Assembly: GCA_964402035.1 (NCBI GenBank) | Contig: CAYOAM010000001.1 | Span: 24,261-88,260 of the forward strand | Direction: 5' to 3' | Length of the DNA: 64,000 bases | Source of the DNA: an uncultured Candidatus Saccharibacteria bacterium | GTDB taxonomy: Bacteria > Patescibacteriota > Minisyncoccia > Phycocordibacterales > UBA918 | Shown: one piece after another, positions 46,754 through 56,524 of the stretch | Layout of the letters: each line of letters begins with the position of its first letter | Position numbering within the stretch: position 1 is the stretch's first letter | Translations under genes and position numbers: made by a program | Notes under the pieces: generated by a model | The model's input: only the letters and a program-made list of their open reading frames with translations | The model's database searches: none | Told to the model about the DNA's origin: nothing

Positions 46754-47293
46754 ATGACGATGATTAAACAAATCAGGAATCTCGCATTTATAGATGGACA
46801 GAATTTGTATATTGGCACTGCCAAACGAAGTATTGATCCGTGGAAGATTGATCTTGTTCGGTTTCGTGTATATCTAGAACAAAAATATCACGTGAGTCAT
46901 GCATACTATTTTTTAGGATATGTACAGGAGACAAATCAAGAGTTGTATGAAGAAATACAGCAGGCGGGTTTTATTCTCATATTTCGCGAACACAATCCGG
47001 CAATGATTGGAAAGAAAAAGGGGAATGTTGATTCGGATATCATTTTTCATATTATGAAGAGGATGTACAAAAAGGAAAATTTTGAAAAAATTGTGCTTGT
47101 GTCGGGAGATGGGGACTATAAACTCCTTGTTGATTTTTTGATCGAGGAAAATAGGTTTGCAAAGGTTTTGTTTCCTGATCGCGGCAGAGCATCTTCTCTA
47201 TATAAGAAAATTGGAGCTACGTATTTTGATGCTTTGGACGCTGGAGGGGTTCGGAGTAAAATCGAGAGAGGAGAAATGAAAAAGGCTCCTTAG
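46754..47293 (+). CDS. NYN/LabA-like (PIN-fold) domain protein
   Basis: AFIDGQNLY ... IVLVSGDGDYKLLVDFL matches the NYN/LabA signature. Confidence 0.6.
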   Translation: MTMIKQIRNLAFIDGQNLYIGTAKRSIDPWKIDLVRFRVYLEQKYHVSHAYYFLGYVQETNQELYEEIQQAGFILIFREHNPAMIGKKKGNVDSDIIFHIMKRMYKKENFEKIVLVSGDGDYKLLVDFLIEENRFAKVLFPDRGRASSLYKKIGATYFDALDAGGVRSKIERGEMKKAP

Positions 47294-47368
47294 GTAATGA
47301 GCCGTTCGGAACCTTTTTCGTCGTAATGACCATTATGATACCAAGTTAGCTTGAGGATGTCAATAGAT

Positions 47369-48283
47369 TTAGTGCACAAGGAAAGTTTCGACATCATTAA
47401 GGATTTTTTCGCGTTCTTCCGCCGTGTACCAGTGCACATTCTCCATCTTCTTTAGCCACATACGTTGACGTTTTGCGTATTGCCAGACTTTTTCAATGAG
47501 TGTTTGTTCTAGCTTTGATTCCGGAATTTCACCATTGAGATATTGAATAACCACGCGGTATTCTAGACCAATTTCCATCAGTCGCTTTTGGGGTAGCCCT
47601 CCCGCCAGTACTCTTTTTGTTTCTTCGATGAGTCCTTTTGCTAGCGTCTGCTTGAGTCTTTTTGCAATGCGCTCGCGAAGTATGTCTGCGGGTACGTCGA
47701 TTCCGATCGTGTAGGTATCGTAGCTCGGTTCCGTTTTTGTCGGTATTGGCACAGCACCGAGAGCACTTACGATTTCGAGTGCTCGTACGAGTCTGCGACG
47801 ATTTTTTGTATCGATGTTTGCGGCTCTGGCAGGGTCAAGAACCTTGAGTCTCTCAATGAGTATGTCAGTGGATAGGCTTTCAAGCTCGGCACGGAGTGGT
47901 GCATTGGGTGCTACATGAGGGAGTGTTTTTGCACCAAGGAGTGCCTCGACATAGAAAAAAGTACCACCGACAACGATGGGTACGTGCGCGCGCGAACTAA
48001 TCTCTTCAATGATCTTTGCTGCATCATGTACAAATGTTGCAGCGGTGTATATTTCTGCGGGTTCTCGGCAGTCTATGAGGTGGTGGGGGATATTCCGCAT
48101 TTCAGCAGCCGTGATTTTTTCGGTACCAATATCAAGGCCTTTATACACTTGGCGCGAGTCAACTGATATTATTTCTCCTTGCAATGTTTCAGCCAAAAAG
48201 AGGGAAAGGGAAGTCTTTCCCGATGCCGTTGGTCCGACAACGATCACAACTTTTGGCAATTTTTTAGAGACAATTTCCGACAT
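47369..48283 (-). CDS. miaA: tRNA dimethylallyltransferase
   Basis: VIVVGPTASGKTSLSLFLAETLQGEIISVDSRQVYKGLDIGTEKI is the canonical MiaA N-terminus. Confidence 0.9.
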   Translation of the reverse strand: MSEIVSKKLPKVVIVVGPTASGKTSLSLFLAETLQGEIISVDSRQVYKGLDIGTEKITAAEMRNIPHHLIDCREPAEIYTAATFVHDAAKIIEEISSRAHVPIVVGGTFFYVEALLGAKTLPHVAPNAPLRAELESLSTDILIERLKVLDPARAANIDTKNRRRLVRALEIVSALGAVPIPTKTEPSYDTYTIGIDVPADILRERIAKRLKQTLAKGLIEETKRVLAGGLPQKRLMEIGLEYRVVIQYLNGEIPESKLEQTLIEKVWQYAKRQRMWLKKMENVHWYTAEEREKILNDVETFLVH

Positions 48284-48332
48284 ATTGTCGCTATGGTATC
48301 ATAATGGTTCATTATCGATATAATCTTTAAAT

Positions 48333-48935
48333 ATGGAATCATCACACTGTTGCGATATGGATTGGGGTAGTCTATCGGTTGGAGATACCGTGCCCGAAGA
48401 ACTTTCGTTTGAGGTGTTTCAAGATGAAGCAATCAAAAAGATGAGTTTTAAGGATCTGCGTGGGAGTTGGGCGGTCATTTTCTTTTATCCTGCAGACTTT
48501 ACCTTTGTGTGCCCGACAGAATTGGGTGAGATGGCTGACCACTATGCGGCCTTCAAAAAAGAAGGGGCTGAAATTGTCTCGTTCTCAACTGATAGCGTGC
48601 ATGTGCACAAGGCGTGGCATGATCAGTCACCAACGATAAAGAAGATTACATTCCCGATGGGAGCTGATACATCACATGCGGTATCATCTGCCTTTGGTGT
48701 TCTCATTGAGGAAGAGGGTCAGACACACCGAGGTACGTTTATTGTGAGCCCTGATGGGGTTATTAAGGCAGTTGAAATCAATCACGATTCTATCGGTCGC
48801 GCTGCAAAAGAGACGCTGCGTAAAGTGAAGGCAGCGAAGTATGTTTCTGAACATCCTGGCAATGTGTGTCCTGCAAGTTGGGAAGAGGGGGATAGTACGC
48901 TAAAGCCTGGACTTGATTTGGTGGGGAAGATATAG
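48333..48935 (+). CDS. peroxiredoxin (AhpC/TSA, typical 2-Cys)
   Basis: FFYPADFTFVCPTE peroxidatic Cys motif. The resolving Cys lies in the C-terminal VCPA region. The start could be 48333 or 48357. Confidence 0.88.
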   Translation: MESSHCCDMDWGSLSVGDTVPEELSFEVFQDEAIKKMSFKDLRGSWAVIFFYPADFTFVCPTELGEMADHYAAFKKEGAEIVSFSTDSVHVHKAWHDQSPTIKKITFPMGADTSHAVSSAFGVLIEEEGQTHRGTFIVSPDGVIKAVEINHDSIGRAAKETLRKVKAAKYVSEHPGNVCPASWEEGDSTLKPGLDLVGKI

Positions 48936-49001
48936 AACTTCTTATTAATTAGTGAGAAAGAAAAAATCGGCACCGCGTGGTGCCGATTTTGAAGAACATG
49001 A

Positions 49002-49745
49002 TCATCTACGAGATGCTGCGATGTCTCGTATCATCTCAAATCGCTCTGCAATTTCCTTTGGTTTTCCTGTTCTTGTGATAGGTCGACCAACGATGAGTAC
49101 GTCAGCACCAGCGTCGCATGCCTCTTTCGGTGTTGCTCTATTCACTTGGTTATCTGTTGGGTCATCGGGCATACGAATTCCTGGGACAAAAAACTGGGGA
49201 CGGCAGAGCTTTCCGACTGTACGGGAAATGATTCTGATGTCCCGTGCGCCACACACGAACTGAGTGATACCGTGTTCTGCGGCGTGCAAAGAGAGCTCCC
49301 GAAGGGCCTCCTCTCTCGAGCGATTAAAAATACGCCGTACGTCTTCGTCCGTAAACCATGTTGGTACGGTCACTGCTATTACTCGATCGATGAGCTTGGC
49401 TTTTTGTAGACTTACGAACATCGATGAGCTACTCATAGCATGTATTGTCACAAGATGTGCGCCTTGCCAGAGGTCATTGGTGACTGCTCCGACAACCGTG
49501 GGACCAGTATCGCCCCATTTGTTGTCTAGAAGGACTCGCGACCGCAATCCTGGTAGTACAGAGTGACGTGCGCGATTCAAGGTCGCCTTCAAATCGAGTC
49601 CCACCCCACTCGCGGGGAGATGTACTTTGTAGTCGGTACATCCTTTTTCTTTCAGCGCATACATGATGTCGCTGAAGTTTCGCATGAAGGAGATGTGTTC
49701 TTGCTCAGTATCTGGCGGATCGAGTGCGGCCATAACGTCAGCCAT
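49002..49745 (-). CDS. orotidine-5'-phosphate decarboxylase family (ribulose-phosphate-binding barrel) protein
   Basis: LLDNKWGDTGPT (D-x-K-x-x-D...T as in the PyrF DxKxxDIxxT motif) and the C-terminal VLIVGRPI. PyrF versus a related family member cannot be settled by eye. Confidence 0.5.
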   Translation of the reverse strand: MADVMAALDPPDTEQEHISFMRNFSDIMYALKEKGCTDYKVHLPASGVGLDLKATLNRARHSVLPGLRSRVLLDNKWGDTGPTVVGAVTNDLWQGAHLVTIHAMSSSSMFVSLQKAKLIDRVIAVTVPTWFTDEDVRRIFNRSREEALRELSLHAAEHGITQFVCGARDIRIISRTVGKLCRPQFFVPGIRMPDDPTDNQVNRATPKEACDAGADVLIVGRPITRTGKPKEIAERFEMIRDIAASRR

Positions 49746-49881
49746 TGCGTTTCTCCCTGTCGAGGATCAAAATCCTTTCGAGTTATATAGGAAAAGAGGA
49801 CTTTGGGCAAACTTCTGTGATGGAGTGGCGGGGTCACAAAAGCAATAGTCATTGTTGCTACGCAACATCTCCTTTGTTTTG

Positions 49882-49962
49882 TGCTGGAGATGGGACTTGA
49901 ACCCATAAGCCTTGCGGCATGCGATTTTGAGTCGCACGTGTATACCATTCCACCACTCCAGC
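49882..49962 (-). tRNA. tRNA-Leu (anticodon CAA)
   Basis: Manual cloverleaf. Acceptor GCTGGAG/CTCCAGC, anticodon stem TGCGA/TCGCA with loop CTCAAAA, variable arm hairpin GCC-GCAA-GGC, T-arm ATGGGTTCAAGTCCCAT. Confidence 0.75.
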
Positions 49963-49976
49963 AATATATTCGATTT

Positions 49977-50017
49977 TACCACCTGCCTGCCGGCAGGCAG
50001 GTTCCACCACTCCAGCA
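49977..50017. repeat. 22-bp perfect palindrome acctgcctgccggcaggcaggt joined to a copy of the tRNA-Leu(CAA) 5' end (ttccaccactccagca); copy 1
   Basis: Read from the sequence. The second copy is at 50280-50320. Confidence 0.8.
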
Positions 50018-50021
50018 ATAT

Positions 50022-50261
50022 TTATTTTCCAATACTTTTCAAGAATTCTCTACCTGCACCTGACTTGAGATATTTTTCTCTTGTCCGAGCAGCTGTCCTC
50101 GTATCATATACTTCGCTGTAAATCAGAGCAACAGGCAGGTACCGCTTTGTGGTTTTACTGTATCCACTCGTATGCTCGTACAGTCTTCGCGACAAATCAC
50201 TGGTCATTCCGGTATAGTGGAATTTTTTCAGTTTATTTTCTAGAACATAGACCGTGTACAT
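50022..50261 (-). CDS. GIY-YIG nuclease family protein (79 aa from the internal Met)
   Basis: YTVYVLENKLKKFHYTGMTSDLSRRLYEHTSG matches the GIY-YIG core (Y-x-Y ... Y-x-G ... R-x-x-x-H). The ORF-track N-terminus (MLEWWNLPAGRQVV) is encoded by the flanking palindrome repeat and is rejected. Confidence 0.7.
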   Translation of the reverse strand: MYTVYVLENKLKKFHYTGMTSDLSRRLYEHTSGYSKTTKRYLPVALIYSEVYDTRTAARTREKYLKSGAGREFLKSIGK

Positions 50262-50279
50262 AGGTGCACATGTGTATAC

Positions 50280-50320
50280 CACCTGCCTGCCGGCAGGCAG
50301 GTTCCACCACTCCAGCATTT
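50280..50320. repeat. second copy of the 22-bp palindrome plus tRNA-Leu(CAA) 5' fragment (preceded by gtgtatacca, which also matches the tRNA D-region)
   Basis: ataccacctgcctgccggcaggcaggttccaccactccagca. A direct repeat of 49977-50017 flanking the GIY-YIG gene. Confidence 0.8.
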
Positions 50321-50469
50321 AATATTTTCTTCAATCAAATTTGCTCCAACTATCAGCGTTGTAGATGGTAAACCTACAATTGACTTATTTCAGCACAAAA
50401 GCTCTGTCCGTAGAGTGTATCAACAATTCACTCTATTCTCAATATTCTCTGTGATACAATGACCCCGAT

Positions 50470-51504
50470 ATGTCATTTCAAAACGACGCAATTTTCTGGG
50501 TAGAGGTTCATAAAATACAGCCAAATCCGTATCAACCACGACGTGAATTTGACGAATCAAAACTCAAAGAGCTTGCAGAATCTATACGTCAGTACGGCGT
50601 TTTGCAACCACTCGTAGTAACGCGAAAAGAAGTGCCAAAAGACGACGGCGGCATTTCGGTAGAGTATGAGTTGATTGCAGGAGAGCGACGTCTGCGCGCG
50701 TCGCGCCTAGCTGGCATAGGGCAGGTACCAGTCATTATCCGCGATGGAGCGGAAAGTGATCACATGAAGCTCGAGCTTGCGATCATTGAAAATTTGCAAC
50801 GCGAGGACCTCAATGCGGTTGATCGCGCACGCGCCTTTAAACAACTTGCAGATGAGTTTAGTCTTTCACATACACAGGTAGCACAGAAAGTTGGCCGTAG
50901 TCGTGAGTATGTTTCAAATACTATCCGATTGCTCTTGCTCCCTGATGATATTTTGACAGCACTTGGGCAGGGACATATCGCCGAGGGTCATGCGCGCACG
51001 ATTTTGATGCTCAATGACCGGCCACAAGAACAAAACGTCATATTTAAAGAAATTTTGCTCAAGAAACTTTCGGTGCGTGAAGTAGAACGGATCACACGAA
51101 AGCTGGCGACTGATAAGGTGAGAAAAAAAAGTTGGGGCGGTATTGATCTTGAAATTATTGAGATGGAAAAGCAATTGACAGAGGCACTCGGCACACGTGT
51201 ACAAATTGCAAAGACGGACTTCGGCGGCAAAGTAGTGATCGATTATTTTTCCCCTGATGATTTGCAAAAACTACTCCACATGATGGTGGAAGCAGATCTC
51301 AAGGTATCGCAGGTGCCCGTTCCTGAGATGGAAAAGTCTGCACCCTTAAGTGTTGCTGCGGCTATTGAAGAAGTATTGGCACCTACTGAAGTCTCCGCAA
51401 CTATCGAGGAAGTGGCTACTCCTCCTGTCGATGACCGTCCTCTTGAGGAACAAAAGCAAGAGGACGACACCGACCTATACGCCATTAAGAATTTTTCGCT
51501 TTGA
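50470..51504 (+). CDS. parB: ParB/Spo0J-family partition protein
   Basis: GVLQPLVV, YELIAGERRLRASRLAG (the ParB box) and an HTH region, with an acidic C-terminal tail. No adjacent parA. Confidence 0.75.
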   Translation: MSFQNDAIFWVEVHKIQPNPYQPRREFDESKLKELAESIRQYGVLQPLVVTRKEVPKDDGGISVEYELIAGERRLRASRLAGIGQVPVIIRDGAESDHMKLELAIIENLQREDLNAVDRARAFKQLADEFSLSHTQVAQKVGRSREYVSNTIRLLLLPDDILTALGQGHIAEGHARTILMLNDRPQEQNVIFKEILLKKLSVREVERITRKLATDKVRKKSWGGIDLEIIEMEKQLTEALGTRVQIAKTDFGGKVVIDYFSPDDLQKLLHMMVEADLKVSQVPVPEMEKSAPLSVAAAIEEVLAPTEVSATIEEVATPPVDDRPLEEQKQEDDTDLYAIKNFSL

Positions 51505-53026
51505 GTTCTGCAACCTGTTGTCTGATGTGACGTTGAGCGAGCGTGGTTTTTGCAAAATCTACCCACTTGAGTGTAGGCCTGCTATTTTGCTTGGTGAGTA
51601 TTTCGACGATGTCGCCATTATGGAGTGACGTATGAAGTTGCACGAGTTTGTTGTTTACCTTTGCGCCGAACATATGATTGCCGATGTCGGTGTGAATAGC
51701 GTAGGCAAAATCAATAGCGGAGGCTCCGATCGGCAGATCAATAACGTCACCTTTTGGCGTAAACGCAAAGATGCGGTGTCCAAAAAAATCTTCACGCAGT
51801 CCGGCAACAAACTCGCCTGTGTTCTCTGTCTCTTTATGTGCATTAGCAATCTCCTTTATCCAGTTGGGCACTTGATCGAGATTGTATTCTTTGCTCGTAG
51901 TGATTGCTGATGGTTGACGTGCTGATCGTGCCCACCTAAATGGTCGAAAGAGCATGGGAATCAAGTCTGTCATTCGGCTCGTGAGTGCTTGCCCAGTTTG
52001 TTGTTGCTTGTATGCAAGGTGCGACGCAACACCAAACTCAGATCCTTGATGCATCTCCTCAGTTCGTATCTGAACTTCTAAAATAATGCCGTCCTGTGTT
52101 ATGACCGTGGTGTGTAGTGATTGGTATCCGTTGGGTTTCGGAAATGCAATATAGTCTTTTACGCGTTGGGGGAGTGGCCTCCAGAGTTGGTGCACAATAC
52201 CAAGGGCTTGGTAGCAGGTATCGACGGTAGGGGTCACTATGCGTAGTGCAAAGAGATCGTAGATTTTGTCCATGTCCCAGTCTCGCCGTTCTAGTTTACG
52301 AAAGAGGCTGTACATACCCTTGATGCGATGATGCGTCTTAAAGTCTTTTACTTCAACCGCAAGCTTTTTTTGTAATGTCTTGCGTAGTCTTTCGAGCTTT
52401 TCAAGGCTATCTTTCATGTGTGGGCGCACGAGTTCTAGCACGCGTTCGTACTCTTTTGGATATACGTAGGGAAAGGCAAGATCTTCGAGTTCCTTGCGTA
52501 TGCGACCCATACCCAGGCGGTGTGCTACGGGAACATAAATTTCAAGTGTCTCGCGCGCAATACGGAGTTGTTTCTCTTTCGGAACATGCTCAAACGTCTG
52601 CATATTGTGGAGACGGTCCACCAGCTTGATAATGAGCACACGAATATCTTCACTCGTAGCAACAAATAGCTTGCGCAGACTCTCATTGTGTCGATCGACA
52701 CCATGATAGCGCACGGAACCCAACTTGGTGACTCCTTCGATAAGAAAAAGAATTTCAGGTCCAAACTCAGCTTTGATAGTTTCTGTTGTTACGCCCGTAT
52801 CTTCAATAGTGTCATGGAGCAGTCCCGCGGAAACAGTTTTTGGCCCCATCCCCATTTCAGCCAACATGTCGGCAACGGTCGCCAAATGGCTGAAATATGG
52901 ATCGCCTGAATAGCGCGTATGTCCCGCATGCGCTTTTTCTGCGAAATAGTACGCTTTTTCTACCGTTGCTCGGTCTTCTTTCTGAGTCGATGAAAGGTGT
53001 GAGAGTATTGATTTGAGATCAGCCAT
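51485..53026 (-). CDS. rel: bifunctional (p)ppGpp synthetase/hydrolase, RelA/SpoT homolog
   Basis: HD hydrolase domain (HLATVADMLAEMGMGPKTVSAGLLHDTIEDT), synthetase domain (RIKGMYSLFRKLERR...DLFALRIVT), and a C-terminal TGS-like region. 513 aa. Confidence 0.88.
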   Translation of the reverse strand: MADLKSILSHLSSTQKEDRATVEKAYYFAEKAHAGHTRYSGDPYFSHLATVADMLAEMGMGPKTVSAGLLHDTIEDTGVTTETIKAEFGPEILFLIEGVTKLGSVRYHGVDRHNESLRKLFVATSEDIRVLIIKLVDRLHNMQTFEHVPKEKQLRIARETLEIYVPVAHRLGMGRIRKELEDLAFPYVYPKEYERVLELVRPHMKDSLEKLERLRKTLQKKLAVEVKDFKTHHRIKGMYSLFRKLERRDWDMDKIYDLFALRIVTPTVDTCYQALGIVHQLWRPLPQRVKDYIAFPKPNGYQSLHTTVITQDGIILEVQIRTEEMHQGSEFGVASHLAYKQQQTGQALTSRMTDLIPMLFRPFRWARSARQPSAITTSKEYNLDQVPNWIKEIANAHKETENTGEFVAGLREDFFGHRIFAFTPKGDVIDLPIGASAIDFAYAIHTDIGNHMFGAKVNNKLVQLHTSLHNGDIVEILTKQNSRPTLKWVDFAKTTLAQRHIRQQVAELKAKNS

Positions 53027-53168
53027 ACATACTATTGTATGCTCATGTACGGTCTATGTAAAACAAGTCAGTCCTCATATGCGCATTTGAGCGCAAATGA
53101 GGACTGACATCATAGGTGTTTTCTAGGACAGCTATGGCCCCGGACTTGTCGCTCGTCTCGAAAACATG

Positions 53169-55505
53169 CTACCCCTGTTTAATGATCTCAAGTGCCTCAG
53201 CTACGGTAATTTTTTCTGGATCTATATTGTCGGGAAGTACAACGCGTTTAAATCCGCGTTTAAAGAATTTCTTATCCTTGGTTGCGTAGAGGCGAATCGG
53301 TTTTTTGGTGCGCGGATGAAGTCCAATTTCCCGAAAGAGCGTCTCGCCGGCGCGTGTCTTTTTTGGTTCTTTAAAAATAGCGAGCGCTCGCTCAAGATCG
53401 ATCGAGTAGGGATCGTCGGTCTTGAGGGATCGGAAGTCGGCTTCGTGTACTACGTACGGGCCAAACTTTCCAATGTTAGCCGATATGTTTTTACCCGTAT
53501 CAGGATGTGTTCCAAGTATGCGCGGCAAAGACAAATAGTGTAATGCTTGTGCAAGATCAACGGTACTGGGGTCAACACCTTTTGGAATACTAGAGCGACG
53601 AGGATGCTTTTCTTTTTTTGTTTTTTCACCGAGTTGCACATACGGACCAAATCGTCCGGTGAGAACAAAGACCGGCATGGTGGTAGTAGGATCAATCCCG
53701 ATAGGCTCTTCGGGTTTAATTTCTGTTCCATCAATCATGCGTGCACCCATACATGCGGGGAATTTTTCGCACGATAAAAACTTGCCTCCGCGGCCAAGCT
53801 TGATAACCATGCCACTCTTGCACAGTGGACAAATATATTTTGGATCGGCATCTCCCAAGTTTGTGAGTTTTTCGATGTCCTCTTTTGCGTTGACCGCTTT
53901 GTGAAATGGCGTATAGAACTGCTTAAGTGTCGTCGTATAGGCATGAGACCCATCAGCAATACCATCAAGTTTGTCTTCCATTTCACTCGTGAATGTATCA
54001 CTGATGTAGTCTGCAAAATGCTTTTCCAGAAAACTAGATACCACATCTCCTGTGTCTGTTGGCATGAGTGTACGACCAACTTTCTCAACATATCCACGAT
54101 CAATAATATTTTTCATGGTCGAGGCGTAGGTCGACGGTCTGCCGATACCACGTTTTTCAAGCTCCTTAATAAGCCCAGCCTCGGTATAGCGTGATGGTGG
54201 TTGCGTCTCTTTTGTCTCTGTTTCAACAGATACAAATTTCAAAGGATCAGCGGACCTAACGAGCGGTACCTCCACATCTTCACCGCGTGCGGCAGGGTCA
54301 GCCTTGAGCCACCCGTCAAACATGACGCGCGATCCGTGCGTGGCAAAAGCAGGAATCTTTTCGGACGTGGCTATTGTTGCAGTTATTTTTGTTCGATTCA
54401 CGATGGCGTCTGACATTTGCGATGCTACTGCACGCGCAAAAATAAGTCGGTACAAGGTGCGCTGTTCTTCATTGTTTCCTGCGCTTTCGGCGCTAAAGTT
54501 TGTTGGCCGTATGGCTTCATGCGCTTCTTGCGCGGATTTGCTTTTGGTGGTGTGTACGCGTGGGCTCAAGTACTGCGCTCCAAATGTTTGTGTAATGTAG
54601 CTATGGATTTCTCGCTTTGCGATATCACTTATGGAAACACTGTCGGTACGCATGTACGTGATATGACCTTCTTCGTAGAGTTTCTGCGCAACACCCATGG
54701 TGCGTGATGGGGCATAGCCGAGACGTGTAGAAGCGACTTGCTGCAGCGTTGATGTCGTAAATGGTGGGCGTGTGGTGCGCTTTTGTTCTGTCTCTTTTAC
54801 ATCTACGACTGACCATGCATGTTTTTTTGCTTCTTTTTCAATAAGATCTGCGATAGCTTTATCACTCGGCTCATCTTCGCACGTGAGGAGTAATGTCTCA
54901 CCTTTTGGTGTTGTAGTGGTTGCACGGATTACATAAAAAGTTTCAGCAATAAATGCGCGAATCTCTCGCTCGCGCTCCATGATGATGCGCAAGGCGGGAG
55001 ACTGTACACGACCGGCTGAGAGACCGTAGCGAACTTTTTTCCAAATGAGTCCTGATAGATCGTACCCCACGAGTCGGTCGAGGACACGACGTGCTTCTTG
55101 TGCTTCACGAAGATGCGTGTCGATCGCTCGTGGGTGTTCAATAGCAGCAAGTACAGCCGGCTTGGTGATTTCATGAAAGACCACACGTTTTGGGTGTTTG
55201 TGTAGATCTTTAAGCATTTCGGCGACATGCCAGGCGATTGCTTCTCCTTCACGATCGGGGTCTGTTGCAAGGAGCACAAACTCGGCTTTTTTTGCTGCCT
55301 CACGCAAATCTTGGATAACTTTTTCTTTACCTTTTGAGACCTCGTAGTGGGGAATAAATCCTCCCTTGATGTCGATGGCTTTGTCATTGTTTTTTGGCAA
55401 ATCACGAACATGACCCACAGACGCTTTGACGTGGTAATGTTTTCCCAAATATTTTTCTATTGTCTTTGCTTTCGCTGGTGACTCTACAATAACTAGCGTG
55501 CTCAT
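53169..55505 (-). CDS. topA: DNA topoisomerase I
   Basis: MSTLVIVESPAKAKTIEKYLG Toprim start, an active-site Tyr region, and C-terminal Zn-ribbon Cys motifs (CPLCKSG...). Confidence 0.93.
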   Translation of the reverse strand: MSTLVIVESPAKAKTIEKYLGKHYHVKASVGHVRDLPKNNDKAIDIKGGFIPHYEVSKGKEKVIQDLREAAKKAEFVLLATDPDREGEAIAWHVAEMLKDLHKHPKRVVFHEITKPAVLAAIEHPRAIDTHLREAQEARRVLDRLVGYDLSGLIWKKVRYGLSAGRVQSPALRIIMEREREIRAFIAETFYVIRATTTTPKGETLLLTCEDEPSDKAIADLIEKEAKKHAWSVVDVKETEQKRTTRPPFTTSTLQQVASTRLGYAPSRTMGVAQKLYEEGHITYMRTDSVSISDIAKREIHSYITQTFGAQYLSPRVHTTKSKSAQEAHEAIRPTNFSAESAGNNEEQRTLYRLIFARAVASQMSDAIVNRTKITATIATSEKIPAFATHGSRVMFDGWLKADPAARGEDVEVPLVRSADPLKFVSVETETKETQPPSRYTEAGLIKELEKRGIGRPSTYASTMKNIIDRGYVEKVGRTLMPTDTGDVVSSFLEKHFADYISDTFTSEMEDKLDGIADGSHAYTTTLKQFYTPFHKAVNAKEDIEKLTNLGDADPKYICPLCKSGMVIKLGRGGKFLSCEKFPACMGARMIDGTEIKPEEPIGIDPTTTMPVFVLTGRFGPYVQLGEKTKKEKHPRRSSIPKGVDPSTVDLAQALHYLSLPRILGTHPDTGKNISANIGKFGPYVVHEADFRSLKTDDPYSIDLERALAIFKEPKKTRAGETLFREIGLHPRTKKPIRLYATKDKKFFKRGFKRVVLPDNIDPEKITVAEALEIIKQG

Positions 55506-55543
55506 GTGTTCAACAAATACTAGGTTCTATTGATACTGTCAAA

Positions 55544-56446
55544 TCATAAGCGGTCAGTGATGCGCATAATCACGCCATGTTCTTCGCGAATATAACCACC
55601 AAGTTCAAGAAGGGTGATAGTCTGTTGTGTGTCTACTATTGGAAGAGCAAGTATGCGAATTAATGCATCTTTTTGTAGCGGTGTTTCGAGTGCCGCAAGG
55701 ATTTTGTGCTCGACGGTATCGCGTGCGAAAGTATGATGTGTCGTCTCGGTAGCGTGTGGCTTAATATGTAGTACTTCTAATATATCCGTAGCGTTTGTAA
55801 TAGGTGTTGCACCATCGCGCAGCAACATATGGGGACCATAACTCCCACGAGAAAAAATTGAACCAGGGATAACGAGCACATCTCGATTGTAGTCGAGTGC
55901 GAGACGTGCGGTGATGAGTGTTCCTGATTTTTCACCCGCTTCCACAATCAGTGTTGCGTGTGACATACCTGCCATGATCCTATTTCTGCGAGGAAATGCC
56001 CACGTGGTCGCTGTAAAGAGCGGTTCGTACTCTGAAAGGATACCTCCACCAGATTCCAGTATTTTTTTTGCGAGTCTACGATGTGTCGGTGGATAGAGCA
56101 CGTCATCATGTACGCCAGAACCGGGAACTGCGAGTGAATGTAGATTGGCGTCGAGCGCTGCTTCGTGTGCGATCCCGTCAATGCCGAGTGCAAGTCCCGA
56201 TACAATAGTAATGGGGTAACTTGCGAGCCCCTTGATGAGCATCTTTGTGGCTTCCTTACCGTAGGCGGAACAGTGGCGTGAACCCACCACCGCAAGTAAG
56301 CTGTTTTCTGTCGGTGGTAGTGTGCCGCGCAGGTACAAGGTTTTTGGACCGTCAGGAATCTCAGCAAGAAGGTGCGGGAAATCAGCGGGTTCGAGCGTGA
56401 TTATTGGAAAGCGAATATCCTCCATACTATATAAAAAGTGTAGCAT
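55544..56446 (-). CDS. dprA: DNA processing protein DprA (Smf)
   Basis: Rossmann-like DprA core: IVSGLALGIDGIAHEAAL ... AGEKSGTLITARLALDYNRDVLVIPG. Confidence 0.85.
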   Translation of the reverse strand: MLHFLYSMEDIRFPIITLEPADFPHLLAEIPDGPKTLYLRGTLPPTENSLLAVVGSRHCSAYGKEATKMLIKGLASYPITIVSGLALGIDGIAHEAALDANLHSLAVPGSGVHDDVLYPPTHRRLAKKILESGGGILSEYEPLFTATTWAFPRRNRIMAGMSHATLIVEAGEKSGTLITARLALDYNRDVLVIPGSIFSRGSYGPHMLLRDGATPITNATDILEVLHIKPHATETTHHTFARDTVEHKILAALETPLQKDALIRILALPIVDTQQTITLLELGGYIREEHGVIMRITDRL

Positions 56447-56524
56447 GGGGTGTCATGGCTCGGTGGTATTGGCGTATATCTCGCTATGCGGTAGCATGTT
56501 GTATACTATGATGCATTCATATAT

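Noticed and set aside
49767-50018. ORF-track protein MLEWWNLPAGRQVV... overlapping tRNA-Leu(CAA)
   Set aside because: It is encoded by the tRNA gene and the palindrome repeat. The same artificial N-terminus appears on the GIY-YIG ORF because the repeat is duplicated. It is not a real gene.
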